In this document: piece by piece, positions 28,410-37,505 of the stretch
Layout of the letters: each line of letters starts with the position of its first letter
How positions within the stretch are numbered: the first letter of the stretch is position 1
Assembly (NCBI GenBank): GCA_023146115.1
Contig: JAGLCS010000086.1
Coordinates: forward strand, 50,605-114,604
Source: Abyssibacter sp.
Lineage (GTDB): Bacteria; Pseudomonadota; Gammaproteobacteria; Nevskiales; OUC007
Length of the DNA stretch: 64,000 nucleotides
Reading direction: 5' to 3'
The notes under the pieces: model-generated
What the model was told of the DNA's origin: nothing
The model's input: the letters and a program-made list of their open reading frames with translations, nothing else
Databases searched by the model: none
Position numbers and translations under genes: made by a program

Positions 28410-30071
28410 TTACTGCCGCTTCATGGAGTCGAAGAACTCCGCATTGGTCTTGGTCTGCTTCATTCGGTCGATCAGCAGTTCTACGGCCGCGATTTCGTCC
28501 ATGGCGTGCAGCAGTTTGCGCAGCACCCAGACCTTTTGCAGCGTGACGGCATCCATCATCAACTCTTCGCGACGCGTGCCGGAGCGGTTGATGTTGATGG
28601 CCGGGAACACGCGCTTTTCGGCGATGCGGCGTTCCATCTGGATTTCCATGTTGCCGGTGCCCTTGAATTCCTCGTAGATCACGTCGTCCATCTTCGAGCC
28701 GGTTTCGACCAGCGCGGTGGCGATGATGGTCAGCGAGCCGCCTTCTTCGACATTGCGAGCGGCGCCGAAGAAACGCTTGGGCTTCTGCAGGGCGTTGGCG
28801 TCGACGCCACCGGTGAGCACCTTGCCGGAGCTGGGGGCTACGGTGTTGTAGGCGCGGGCCAGGCGGGTGATGGAATCCAGCAGGATCACCACATCCATCT
28901 TGTGCTCGACGAGGCGCTTGGCTTTCTCGATGACCATCTCGGCCACCTGGACGTGCCGGACCGCGGGTTCGTCGAAGGTGGAGGAGACCACCTCACCACG
29001 CACCGAGCGCTGCATGTCGGTCACTTCTTCCGGACGTTCGTCGATCAACAGCACGATCAGATAGGCGTCGGGATAGTTGGCGGCGATGCTTTGCGCCACG
29101 TTCTGCATCAACATCGTCTTGCCGGCCTTCGGCGGTGACACGATCAGGCCACGCTGACCTCTGCCGAACGGGGAGACGATATCGATGATGCGGGCGGTGA
29201 TGTCTTCGGTGCTGCCGTTTCCGAGTTCCATGACCAGCTGTTTCTCGGGGAACAGCGGCGTCAGGTTTTCGAATGGCACCTTGCGCTTGGACTGCTCCGG
29301 CGTTTCGCCATTGATCGTGTCGACCTTGAGCAGCGCGAAGTAGCGCTCGTTGTCCTTGGGTGTGCGGATTTGGCCGGTGATGCTGTCACCGGTGCGCAGG
29401 CCGAACCGTCGAATCTGGGAGGGCGAAACGTAGATATCATCCGGCCCGGCCTGATACGACGCTTCAGGGGCGCGGAGGAAACCGAAACCATCGGACAGGA
29501 TTTCCAGCACCCCGTCGCCAAAGATCTGCTGACCCATCTTCGCGCGGGTGCGGATGATCTGGAAGATCACATCCTGCTTCTTCGTGCGTGAGACGTTCTC
29601 GATCCCCATCGCTTCCGCTTCTTCGATCACCTCGGAAGCGGTTTTGGACTTCAGCTCACTGATGTTCAGTGGCGGGCCATCGAACTCTGGAATCGGTTCG
29701 GGCTGCTGGTCTCGGTTGCGACGACCACGGCGGCGGCGTCCGCCGCTCTGGTTGTTACTGTTGTTGTTCTGCCCCCCGCGATTGTTCCGGTTTCGACCAC
29801 CCTGGCTGTTGCCATCGTCGTCGCCGTCATCGTCCTGGTTGCCGGCATCATCGGATTCGCCGTCCGAGTTGCCTGGTGCGCTGTCACCCCGGCCTTTGGC
29901 CGTTGGTTTTGGTTCGCTGGCCTTTTCGACCGGCTTTTCGGCGCTGGGAGCATCCGGCGAGCCGGCGGGTTCAACAGCCAGCTTGACCTTCTTGCGGGGC
30001 TTGCGCTCTGCCTCGGTGTTGTTCTCCGGGCGTTCTGCGACTTCGTCTACGGCGGTCTCTTCTTTGGTCAC
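28410..30071 (-). CDS. rho: Transcription termination factor Rho with a 134-aa N-terminal low-complexity extension
   Basis: 553 aa. Residues 135-553 (419 aa) are collinear with canonical Rho (LNISELK..., [15 protein letters not shown] Walker A, ERPEEV, through to ...FFDSMKRQ). Residues 1-134 are acidic and then RG/N-rich. Confidence 0.97.
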   Translation of the reverse strand: MTKEETAVDEVAERPENNTEAERKPRKKVKLAVEPAGSPDAPSAEKPVEKASEPKPTAKGRGDSAPGNSDGESDDAGNQDDDGDDDGNSQGGRNRNNRGGQNNNSNNQSGGRRRRGRRNRDQQPEPIPEFDGPPLNISELKSKTASEVIEEAEAMGIENVSRTKKQDVIFQIIRTRAKMGQQIFGDGVLEILSDGFGFLRAPEASYQAGPDDIYVSPSQIRRFGLRTGDSITGQIRTPKDNERYFALLKVDTINGETPEQSKRKVPFENLTPLFPEKQLVMELGNGSTEDITARIIDIVSPFGRGQRGLIVSPPKAGKTMLMQNVAQSIAANYPDAYLIVLLIDERPEEVTDMQRSVRGEVVSSTFDEPAVRHVQVAEMVIEKAKRLVEHKMDVVILLDSITRLARAYNTVAPSSGKVLTGGVDANALQKPKRFFGAARNVEEGGSLTIIATALVETGSKMDDVIYEEFKGTGNMEIQMERRIAEKRVFPAININRSGTRREELMMDAVTLQKVWVLRKLLHAMDEIAAVELLIDRMKQTKTNAEFFDSMKRQ

Positions 30072-30146
30072 CGGGTTTCTACCGTGCGAGGGATCAATAT
30101 CAATCGGGAAATGGCGGGGCCGGCGACGCCGGCCCCGATGTGAGAT

Positions 30147-30476
30147 TTACGCCAGGTGCTGATCAAGAAAATCAGACAGCTGAGCCTTGGACAATGCACC
30201 GACCTTGGTGGCGGCCACTTCGCCGTCCTTGAACAGCATCAACGTGGGAATGCCACGAATGCCGAACTTCGGCGGCGTGCCTGGGTTCTCGTCGACGTTG
30301 AGCTTGGCGACCTTCAGCCGGCCAGCGTAGTCATTGGCAACTTCTTCGAGGACCGGCGCGATCATCTTGCAGGGTCCGCACCATTCGGCCCAGTAGTCCA
30401 CAAGCACGGGCACGGGTGCCTGTTTCACGTCTGTGTCGAAGCTGGCGTCTGTCACGACAGCGATGTTCTCGCTCAT
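30147..30476 (-). CDS. trxA: Thioredoxin
   Basis: The start is re-called at [20 protein letters not shown] active site, 109 aa, sitting between rho and rhlB. Confidence 0.95.
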   Translation of the reverse strand: MSENIAVVTDASFDTDVKQAPVPVLVDYWAEWCGPCKMIAPVLEEVANDYAGRLKVAKLNVDENPGTPPKFGIRGIPTLMLFKDGEVAATKVGALSKAQLSDFLDQHLA

Positions 30477-30767
30477 AACAACTCCTAAATTAGCAAACAT
30501 GGGTGGGACTGCGACCGGAGGTCAGCAGTGCCTGAAAAGTGGAAGTGACGACCCCTCGTCGGAAGGGTGTCATCCGTCCCGCCGCGAACATGGCGCTCGC
30601 AGGGCGGCAACGCAAGGTTTTGTGGGGAATTTGAATAACGTTGTGCGCTGGCGTGATGGCGCGCACGGGATGAACCGTATTGGAGCCCACTTTTGCTACC
30701 ATTGCAAGTCGTTTCGGGTGACGCTTCTGTCTCGCCCTCATTTGCACTCTTCAGGTTCCTCCTGCGC

Positions 30768-32054
30768 ATGGCCGACGCCGCACATCTATCGGAGACCCCG
30801 TTCTCCGACCTCCCTCTTGCACAACCGTTGCAAGCCGCACTCGCCGAAATCGGGTTCACCCACTGCACACCCATTCAGGCGCAGACGCTTCCCAAGCTCA
30901 TCGCCGGTCGGGATATCGCCGGACAGGCCCAGACGGGCACAGGCAAGACGGCCGCCTTCCTGCTGGCCACGATCAATCGTCTGCTCTCCCACGAGCCGGA
31001 GCCCATTCGCGAAGGGTTCACCTGTGCCCCACGGGCTTTGATTGTGGCCCCGACACGCGAGTTGGCCATCCAGATCGAAAAGGATGCCGCGACGCTGCTC
31101 AAGCAGGTGGATCTAAGTCTGATGGTCGTGTTCGGCGGAACCGGTTATGAGTCGCAGCGCGAGGAATTGCGGGCCGGTGTCGACATTCTGGTCGGCACGC
31201 CTGGCCGCCTGATCGACTACTTCAAGCAAAAGGCCTACACCCTCGACCGGGCGGAGGCGGTGGTGTTGGATGAGGCCGACCGGATGTTCGACCTCGGTTT
31301 CCTCAAGGACATTCGTTATCTGCTGCGCAAGCTGCCAGAACCGCAGAAGCGCTTGAACATGCTGTTCTCCGCCACGCTGTCGCACCGTGTGCTGGAACTG
31401 GCCTACGAGCACATGAATGATCCGGAGCTCGTGCGGGTGGAGGCCGAAACCGTCACCGCCGACCGCGTGCGCCAGACCATGGTGCATGTGTCCAAGGACG
31501 ACAAGATCGCGTTGCTGATCGGATGGCTACGCCAGCACGACCCTCACCGAACCATGGTGTTCATCAACACCAAGCGGGTCGGCGAACGCGTTGCCGACTG
31601 GCTCAATGCCAATGGTTTCTCTACCGCGATCATTTCCGGCGACGTGCCTCAGCCCAAGCGCATGAAGCTGTTGGAGCGCTTCCAGAGCGGTGATCTGGCG
31701 ATTCTGGTCGCCACGGATGTGGCTGCGCGCGGACTCCACATTCCGGATGTCACGCACGTGATCAACTACGATCTGCCGCAGGATGCCGAGGACTACGTGC
31801 ATCGCATCGGCCGGACGGCGCGCGCAGGCGCGGAAGGCGATGCCATCAGCTTCTGCTGCGAGGAATACGTCTACTCGTTGCCTGATATCGAACGCTATGT
31901 TGGCTTCAAGATCGAGACGACCATTCCGGGGCCGGATGACATGGCCACCGAACTGGTGCGGCCGAAACCGCGTGAGCGCAAGCCGCGCAACGACGGTCGT
32001 CGGCGGAGCGGCGGCGGCGGAGGCGGACGGCGTCGCGGTCGCAGCGGCGGCTAG
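30768..32054 (+). CDS. rhlB: ATP-dependent DEAD-box RNA helicase RhlB
   Basis: The start is re-called at [17 protein letters not shown]. Motifs [12 protein letters not shown] (VLDEADRMF), SAT and [10 protein letters not shown], with an RGG-rich C-terminal tail. Conserved rhlB/trxA/rho neighbourhood. Confidence 0.9.
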   Translation: MADAAHLSETPFSDLPLAQPLQAALAEIGFTHCTPIQAQTLPKLIAGRDIAGQAQTGTGKTAAFLLATINRLLSHEPEPIREGFTCAPRALIVAPTRELAIQIEKDAATLLKQVDLSLMVVFGGTGYESQREELRAGVDILVGTPGRLIDYFKQKAYTLDRAEAVVLDEADRMFDLGFLKDIRYLLRKLPEPQKRLNMLFSATLSHRVLELAYEHMNDPELVRVEAETVTADRVRQTMVHVSKDDKIALLIGWLRQHDPHRTMVFINTKRVGERVADWLNANGFSTAIISGDVPQPKRMKLLERFQSGDLAILVATDVAARGLHIPDVTHVINYDLPQDAEDYVHRIGRTARAGAEGDAISFCCEEYVYSLPDIERYVGFKIETTIPGPDDMATELVRPKPRERKPRNDGRRRSGGGGGGRRRGRSGG

Positions 32055-32085
32055 CCGATTTCGGCGGTTCCTGAACGCGCCGCGT

Positions 32086-32751
32086 TCAGCTCAACAGGAT
32101 TGCGGCAAGCGATTCGGCCGCTGGGCCATCGTTCAATGCGGCGGCTGGTTGCCGTGAATCCGGCTTGGCGATTCCCCAAACATGGCGGTAGCCGGCGCTA
32201 CGTGCCGCGTGTCGCACCCGCAGGCTGTCATCGACGAACAGGCTGCGGGCTGGGTCGTGCGGCACACGCTCGCCCAATCGCTGCCAGAAGTCCGGGTGCT
32301 CCTTCGGTGCATCGAAATCATGTGAGCTGAGCAGGTGATCGAACAATGGCGCGATGCCGGTCTGCTCCAGCTTGATCTCCAGCGTTAGCGGATGGGCGTT
32401 GGTGACCAGCCAGATGGCTTGCCCCTGCAGGCGGCGCTGTTCGATGGCATCGACTGCGCCTTGCAACGGTGTGACGCGATGCTGGCTAGCCCGTTTATGG
32501 GCGACGATATCGAGTGCGAGTTCGCGGCTCCAATGCTCCAGGCAATACCAGTTCAGGGTGCCGAAGGCAGCTTCGAACTGGCGTTCCAGGTCGCCACGGA
32601 TGCTGTCGGGTTCCACGTTCCGTGATCGCGCGACTTCCAGCGGGATGTGTTCCTGCCAGAACCAGTTGTCGTAAGCGAGATCGAGGATGGTGCCGTCCAT
32701 GTCCAGCATCACCGTGTCGATCTCGTCCCAGTTCAGCGATGAGGTCGGCAT
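32086..32751 (-). CDS. HAD-superfamily hydrolase (GMP/IMP nucleotidase YrfG-like)
   Basis: An internal start (MPTSSLNWDEIDTVMLDMDGTILDL) of track ORF 32086..33324. HAD motif I DMDGT and motif IV FVDDS. The start may be 12 nt further upstream (MDAIM...). Confidence 0.68.
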   Translation of the reverse strand: MPTSSLNWDEIDTVMLDMDGTILDLAYDNWFWQEHIPLEVARSRNVEPDSIRGDLERQFEAAFGTLNWYCLEHWSRELALDIVAHKRASQHRVTPLQGAVDAIEQRRLQGQAIWLVTNAHPLTLEIKLEQTGIAPLFDHLLSSHDFDAPKEHPDFWQRLGERVPHDPARSLFVDDSLRVRHAARSAGYRHVWGIAKPDSRQPAAALNDGPAAESLAAILLS

Positions 32752-32775
32752 AATGGCGTCCATGCGGCGAGTGAT

Positions 32776-33576
32776 GTGATGTCTGACTATCCGGTGACTC
32801 TCCAGGCCCTGGTTGCGGTGGCGCGTCGGGCTGGTGAATGCATTATGAAGCACTACGGCGATGAGGTCGCCGTGCGCTACAAGGCGGATGAATCCCCGGT
32901 CACCGCGGCGGATCTGGCCGCGCATCAATCCATTCTCGATGAGCTGATCGCGCTCACGCCCGGTGTGCCTCGGTTGTCCGAGGAAGCCGCCGCGGTGCCT
33001 TGGGCGCAACGCCAAGCCTGGACACGGTACTGGCTGATCGACCCGCTGGATGGAACGCGCGAGTTCATCGCGCGCAACGGCGAGTTCACGGTCAACATTG
33101 CATTGATCGAGCATGGTGAGCCGGTCATGGGCGTGGTGCATGCGCCGGACCTTGACGAGACCTACTACGCAGCCCGCGGACAGGGCGCCTGGATGGCCAC
33201 CCGGCGCGGATCTCCCGCGCCCATGTTGCTGGCAGCCGCCAAGGTCGCGACGCCGCGTGTGCTGGTCACGCGCTCGCATGCAACGGAGGCGTTGACGGCA
33301 CTGTTGAATGGCTTGCCTGCTCACGAGGCAGTGCGCGTCGGTAGCGCGTTGAAGTTCGGTCGCCTCGCCGCAGGGGAGGGCGAGTTCTATCCCCGCGTCG
33401 GGCCGACTTCAGAATGGGACACCGCGGCGGGTCACTGCGTGGTGGCCGAGGCCGGTGGCAGGGTGCTCGCCGCCGGGGGGCAGCGCCTGCGCTACAACCA
33501 GACGCCGTCGCTGCTGAACCCGGATTTTTCCGTCGCGGCGCCGCCGTGCTTCGCCTGGCAGGACACACTGCCTTGA
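32776..33576 (+). CDS. cysQ: 3'(2'),5'-bisphosphate nucleotidase
   Basis: 266 aa. Inositol-monophosphatase-family motifs WLIDPLDGTREF and WDTAAG. Confidence 0.85.
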   Translation: MMSDYPVTLQALVAVARRAGECIMKHYGDEVAVRYKADESPVTAADLAAHQSILDELIALTPGVPRLSEEAAAVPWAQRQAWTRYWLIDPLDGTREFIARNGEFTVNIALIEHGEPVMGVVHAPDLDETYYAARGQGAWMATRRGSPAPMLLAAAKVATPRVLVTRSHATEALTALLNGLPAHEAVRVGSALKFGRLAAGEGEFYPRVGPTSEWDTAAGHCVVAEAGGRVLAAGGQRLRYNQTPSLLNPDFSVAAPPCFAWQDTLP

Positions 33577-33623
33577 ATCGGTCATCTGAGAACAACACCG
33601 CCGCAGCCGGGTCTGATGCACCG

Positions 33624-34103
33624 ATGACCGTTTCAACTGCCGTTCGGACCAAACCGGCCAGCCAGTCGCTGGCCCGCTGGGCATTGCGCTTAATGGACGG
33701 CCTCACCGGGGCCTGCCTCGGCGCGTTGTTCTATGGCAGCTGGGGTGTGTTTGCGAATTCAGCGCATGGAGTTGAGATCGCGCTTCGTTCCGGCGCCGCG
33801 CAGGGCGCGATGAGCTTTGTGGTGACGCTGACGGGCACGACATTGATGCATCGCCTCTATGCCGGCGCCGGAGCCGTTTGGTGGCGTAGCGTACGCGCGG
33901 TGTTCGGCGCGCTCGGTATGATTTACGGGTTGATCGTTGGCGTGCATTGGTGGCTCGGAACCCCCGAGATTCTCCTGACCTTGGCGCCGGGTCTGCCCAT
34001 CACCATCGGATTTTGCTTGGTATTTATGCTCAGCCTCGTGCGACTCGATGTCGCTGGCCCGAATCCACCTGCGGCGGATTGGGCGAAGAAAGGGCTGGAG
34101 TAA
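33624..34103 (+). CDS. Hypothetical small inner-membrane protein (about 4 TM helices)
   Basis: An internal start (MTVSTAVRTKPASQS...) of track ORF 33414..34103, placed after the cysQ stop. Hydrophobic helices are present and I recognise no family. Confidence 0.5.
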   Translation: MTVSTAVRTKPASQSLARWALRLMDGLTGACLGALFYGSWGVFANSAHGVEIALRSGAAQGAMSFVVTLTGTTLMHRLYAGAGAVWWRSVRAVFGALGMIYGLIVGVHWWLGTPEILLTLAPGLPITIGFCLVFMLSLVRLDVAGPNPPAADWAKKGLE

Positions 34104-34122
34104 CGGGAACAGGAATAATTGC

Positions 34123-34608
34123 GTGTCCATCAATGCCTTGATCAACGACAACATCGCCACCCTGCGTGAGGCCGATGCACTGCTCGGATTCTTGTCCGCC
34201 CATCACTATGGCGCGGTAGGGCCGCACCTTCGGCATATCGTCGACCACTATCGTTGCCTGCTCACGGGTCTAACCTGCGGCCAGGTTGACTACGACGCCC
34301 GTGAACGCTGCCGCGAAACCGAGTTGTCGGTCGCCAAGGCGCGCCGCGTGATCTCTCAGTTGCAGGACGAGTTGCGTGACATCGAAGCTGATGGCGATCG
34401 GCCGCTTCCCGTGCGTCTGGCCACCGATGCCGGGGGGACTTCCTCGGTATCGCAGTCGTCGTTGGCGCGTGAACTGCAGTTCGTGCAGGGACATGCCGTC
34501 CATCACTTCGCGCTGATACGTAGCACGCTGACCGCGCTGGGGTCGCAGCTGCCGGACAGCTTCGGCAAGGCGCCGGCGACGTTGCGCCACGAACGCGCCA
34601 GCGCCTGA
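34123..34608 (+). CDS. Hypothetical protein, possibly a DinB-like helical-bundle metalloprotein
   Basis: A GTG start 19 nt after the previous stop, in frame with track ORF 34048..34608. His-containing helices (HLRHIVDHY ... QGHAVHHFALI) are reminiscent of the DinB-superfamily His triad. Weak, motif-level only. Confidence 0.35.
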   Translation: MSINALINDNIATLREADALLGFLSAHHYGAVGPHLRHIVDHYRCLLTGLTCGQVDYDARERCRETELSVAKARRVISQLQDELRDIEADGDRPLPVRLATDAGGTSSVSQSSLARELQFVQGHAVHHFALIRSTLTALGSQLPDSFGKAPATLRHERASA

Positions 34609-34623
34609 GCTCGGAGTCCAACC

Positions 34624-35733
34624 ATGCAGGGTGTTGGCTGGCGAACACGCTGGTCCATTCGCTGGGCGCGATGGCGGCGTTGGGAATTCTGGCCGGGGCC
34701 GCTCTTCTACGTGCCGGTTGTCGCCTATATCAGCGCCCGGACCTTGCTGACCGGGCAACTTACGCGTTTCACCGCAGTGAATCCTGGGATTTCTCATGCC
34801 GGCGGCCTCATCGGCGAAGGCAAGGATGAAACCCTGGTGCCGTTGGCCGCCCGTGCCGCGGATTTTGTCGCGCCGTTTGAACTGGTCGAGGCTGATCTTG
34901 CGCCCGCCGAGCGCACGGCGCGGGCACTGGCCTTCGCTCAACGCCTGGGCAGGCCCTGGCCGCTGGTTATCAAGCCCAACCGGGGCGAGCGTGGCCGTGG
35001 CGTGCGGATCGCGCATAGTGAGGGCGCGGTTCGTGACTACTTCAACCGCATGCACCTGCCGGCCATCGTGCAGGCCTACGCGCCGGGGCAGGAGTACGGG
35101 TTGTTTTTTGTCCGCCGGCCGGGCGAGCCGGGGGGCTTGGTGTCCATCACCGAAAAGCGGTTCCCCAAGCTTCGGGGTGACGGGCGGAGAACGCTCGGCG
35201 CGTTGATACTCGATGATGCGCGAGGCCGCCTGATCTCGCCGCTGTTGTTCGAACGTTTTTCCGATTCACTGGATCGCGTCCCTGGTGCGGATGAAACCAT
35301 CCCCATGGCAGATGTTGGGAGCCACTGCCGGGGTGCATTGTTTCTCGATGCCAAGGCCTTGGATAGCGAGGCGTTGACCGCGCGCGTTCGCGCGCTTGCC
35401 GACGCGATCCCAGGTTTTCACTTCGGCCGTTTCGACGTGCGAGCGCAAAGCGCTGATGCACTGGTTCGCGGAGAGGGCTTTCAGGTGATCGAGGTCAACG
35501 GCGCCAGCTCCGAACCGGCGCATGTCTACCACCCGGGAACGCCGTTGTTGGAGGGGCTGCGCAGCTTTTTCGGAATCTGGCGCGACATGATGGATATCGG
35601 TGCGGCGAACGCGCAGGCCGGAGCTCCCTGGATTCGTCCCTTCGACCTCGCCGCGATGGCGTGGCGGGAAAACGGCAAGCTGCGCGGTGTGGATTGGCCA
35701 TCGAACCTGTGGCCAGGTGACCGGCCGCGTTAG
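34624..35733 (+). CDS. Membrane-anchored ATP-grasp domain protein (carboxylate-amine ligase type)
   Basis: 369 aa. N-terminal Trp/Arg-rich segment plus a TM helix (RWRRWEFWPGPLFYVPVVAYISA). ATP-grasp-like blocks LVIKPNRGERGRGVRI and FQVIEVNGASSEP. Confidence 0.62.
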   Translation: MQGVGWRTRWSIRWARWRRWEFWPGPLFYVPVVAYISARTLLTGQLTRFTAVNPGISHAGGLIGEGKDETLVPLAARAADFVAPFELVEADLAPAERTARALAFAQRLGRPWPLVIKPNRGERGRGVRIAHSEGAVRDYFNRMHLPAIVQAYAPGQEYGLFFVRRPGEPGGLVSITEKRFPKLRGDGRRTLGALILDDARGRLISPLLFERFSDSLDRVPGADETIPMADVGSHCRGALFLDAKALDSEALTARVRALADAIPGFHFGRFDVRAQSADALVRGEGFQVIEVNGASSEPAHVYHPGTPLLEGLRSFFGIWRDMMDIGAANAQAGAPWIRPFDLAAMAWRENGKLRGVDWPSNLWPGDRPR

Positions 35734-35807
35734 GATCTCCCTGCGTTGCCTCGACGAATCGGCAGAAATTCACGGCCACGCCTGCACACGAGTGAGGAGA
35801 TTCAAGG

Positions 35808-36905
35808 ATGAAACGCGCCGGTACCTGGCTGTTCCTGATTGTCGCGATCATTGGCGGCTATTTGTTGTTCTATCCGGTCGAAATCGATCCGGTGAAGTGG
35901 CAGGCGCCTCCCGCGCCGCCCTTGGAGCAGGACTACGCGCTCAACAGCCGACTGAGCACGGTCGAGCGGTTGGCCGTGGGCGCGGGTGTTGGGCCGGAAG
36001 ATGTCGCCATCTCCGAGAACGGTGACGTTTACACGGGCTATCTCGATGGACGTGTCGTGCGTGTGGACGGTGTCTCTGGCGAGGTGACGACATTGGCGGA
36101 AACGGGCGGGCGCCCGTTGGGCATCGCGTTGCTGCCGGATGGCGCTTTGGCCGTCGCCGACGCCTACCGGGGTTTGCTGCGTATCAGCATGGATGGTCGG
36201 CTCGAGGTTTTGGCTGCGCAGGCGAATGGTCTGGCCTTTCGTTTTGCCGATGACCTCGATGTGGCGCGCGATGGCACGATCTACTTTTCTGATGCGTCGT
36301 GGAAGTACGGCATGGAGCACATGCTCGCCGACTTTCTAGAACACGACGGAACCGGGCGGCTGTTGCGGTACACGCCGGATGGGGCGGTCGACGAGTTGCT
36401 GCAAGGACTCTACTTTGCCAATGGTGTGGCACTGGGGCCGGACGAGCAGTACGTGCTGATTAACGAAACCGGCGCCTACCGGGTATCGCGGCTATGGCTC
36501 AAGGGGCCGAAAGCCGGGGAGCGCGACATCTTCATCGATAATTTGCCGGGCTTTCCCGACAACATCAGTTACGACGAGCAAAGCGGCGTGTTCTGGCTCG
36601 CGCTGTATGGCCCACGTGACGCCGCACTGGATGCGACGGCGGACAAGCCGTATTTGCGCAAGATGATCTACCGCTTGCCGGAATCGCTACATCCGCAACC
36701 GGCGCATCTCGGTTTCGTGCTCGGTCTGGATACCGAGGGCCGGATTGTGGCGAATCTGCAGGACCACGATGACTCGGCCTACGGCCCGGTGACCTCGGCC
36801 GAGCGGGCCGGCGACTACCTCTACCTCGGTAGCCTCAAGGCCGCTTCACTTGCGAGGCTTCCCATCGATGCCGCACTCTCCGCCGACGCCTCAACCACAC
36901 GGTGA
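35808..36905 (+). CDS. Strictosidine synthase-like / SMP-30-gluconolactonase-LRE family six-bladed propeller protein with an N-terminal TM anchor
   Basis: 365 aa. TM anchor WLFLIVAIIGGYLLF. Blocks GPEDVAISENGDVYTG, FADDLDVARDGTIYFSDAS, LYFANGVAL and PGFPDNISYD. Confidence 0.75.
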   Translation: MKRAGTWLFLIVAIIGGYLLFYPVEIDPVKWQAPPAPPLEQDYALNSRLSTVERLAVGAGVGPEDVAISENGDVYTGYLDGRVVRVDGVSGEVTTLAETGGRPLGIALLPDGALAVADAYRGLLRISMDGRLEVLAAQANGLAFRFADDLDVARDGTIYFSDASWKYGMEHMLADFLEHDGTGRLLRYTPDGAVDELLQGLYFANGVALGPDEQYVLINETGAYRVSRLWLKGPKAGERDIFIDNLPGFPDNISYDEQSGVFWLALYGPRDAALDATADKPYLRKMIYRLPESLHPQPAHLGFVLGLDTEGRIVANLQDHDDSAYGPVTSAERAGDYLYLGSLKAASLARLPIDAALSADASTTR

Positions 36906-36909
36906 ATCC

Positions 36910-37254
36910 ATGGCGCAAGCCACCCTGTTCGAGAAGATTCTGGCCGGCGAGATTCCTGGTGAACTGGTCTACGAGGATGCGCAATGCGCCGCGTTCCGGG
37001 ATATCAACCCGGCAGCGCCGACACATATTCTGTTGGTGCCCCGTAAGCCGATTCCGCGTCTGGCCGACGCCGGCGAGGAGGATGTCGGCCTGCTCGGCCA
37101 TCTGATGGTTATCGCGCCCAAGATCGCCGCAGCCGAAGGGTTCGGTGACGCCTTTCGGGTCGTCGTCAACAACGGCGCGGACGCGGGCCAAAGCGTGTTC
37201 CATCTGCATCTGCACATCATTGCCGGACGTCCTCTGAAGTGGCCACCGGGCTGA
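36910..37254 (+). CDS. Histidine triad (HIT) nucleotide-binding protein
   Basis: The start is re-called at MAQATLFEKILAGEIPG. HIT motif HLHLHII, 114 aa. Confidence 0.9.
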   Translation: MAQATLFEKILAGEIPGELVYEDAQCAAFRDINPAAPTHILLVPRKPIPRLADAGEEDVGLLGHLMVIAPKIAAAEGFGDAFRVVVNNGADAGQSVFHLHLHIIAGRPLKWPPG

Positions 37255-37264
37255 GGTGAGCGAC

Positions 37265-37468
37265 TCAGTAGTGCGGCGGGATCTCATGGCCGGGTTGGTC
37301 CCCGGCGGGGTGCTCGGCGGCTTCGAGCCGTTGCGTCAGCCGCTCAAGTTCTCGTTCCAATGCCTGGATTTGGCGCTGTTGGCCGTAGAGCGCGTCGCTG
37401 AGCTGCCGCAGCGCGTCGTCCTGGTGGGCCAGCAAGGCTTCCAGATGCATGATGCGGTCGTCTGTCAT
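37265..37468 (-). CDS. slyX: SlyX family protein
   Basis: A 67-aa internal start of track ORF 37265..37597: MTDDRIMHLEALLAHQDDALRQLSDALYGQQRQIQALERELERLTQRLE, a typical SlyX coiled coil. Confidence 0.72.
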   Translation of the reverse strand: MTDDRIMHLEALLAHQDDALRQLSDALYGQQRQIQALERELERLTQRLEAAEHPAGDQPGHEIPPHY

Positions 37469-37505
37469 GGCGATGATGAGGCTTGGTCGTGGTGGCGTGA
37501 GGGAA

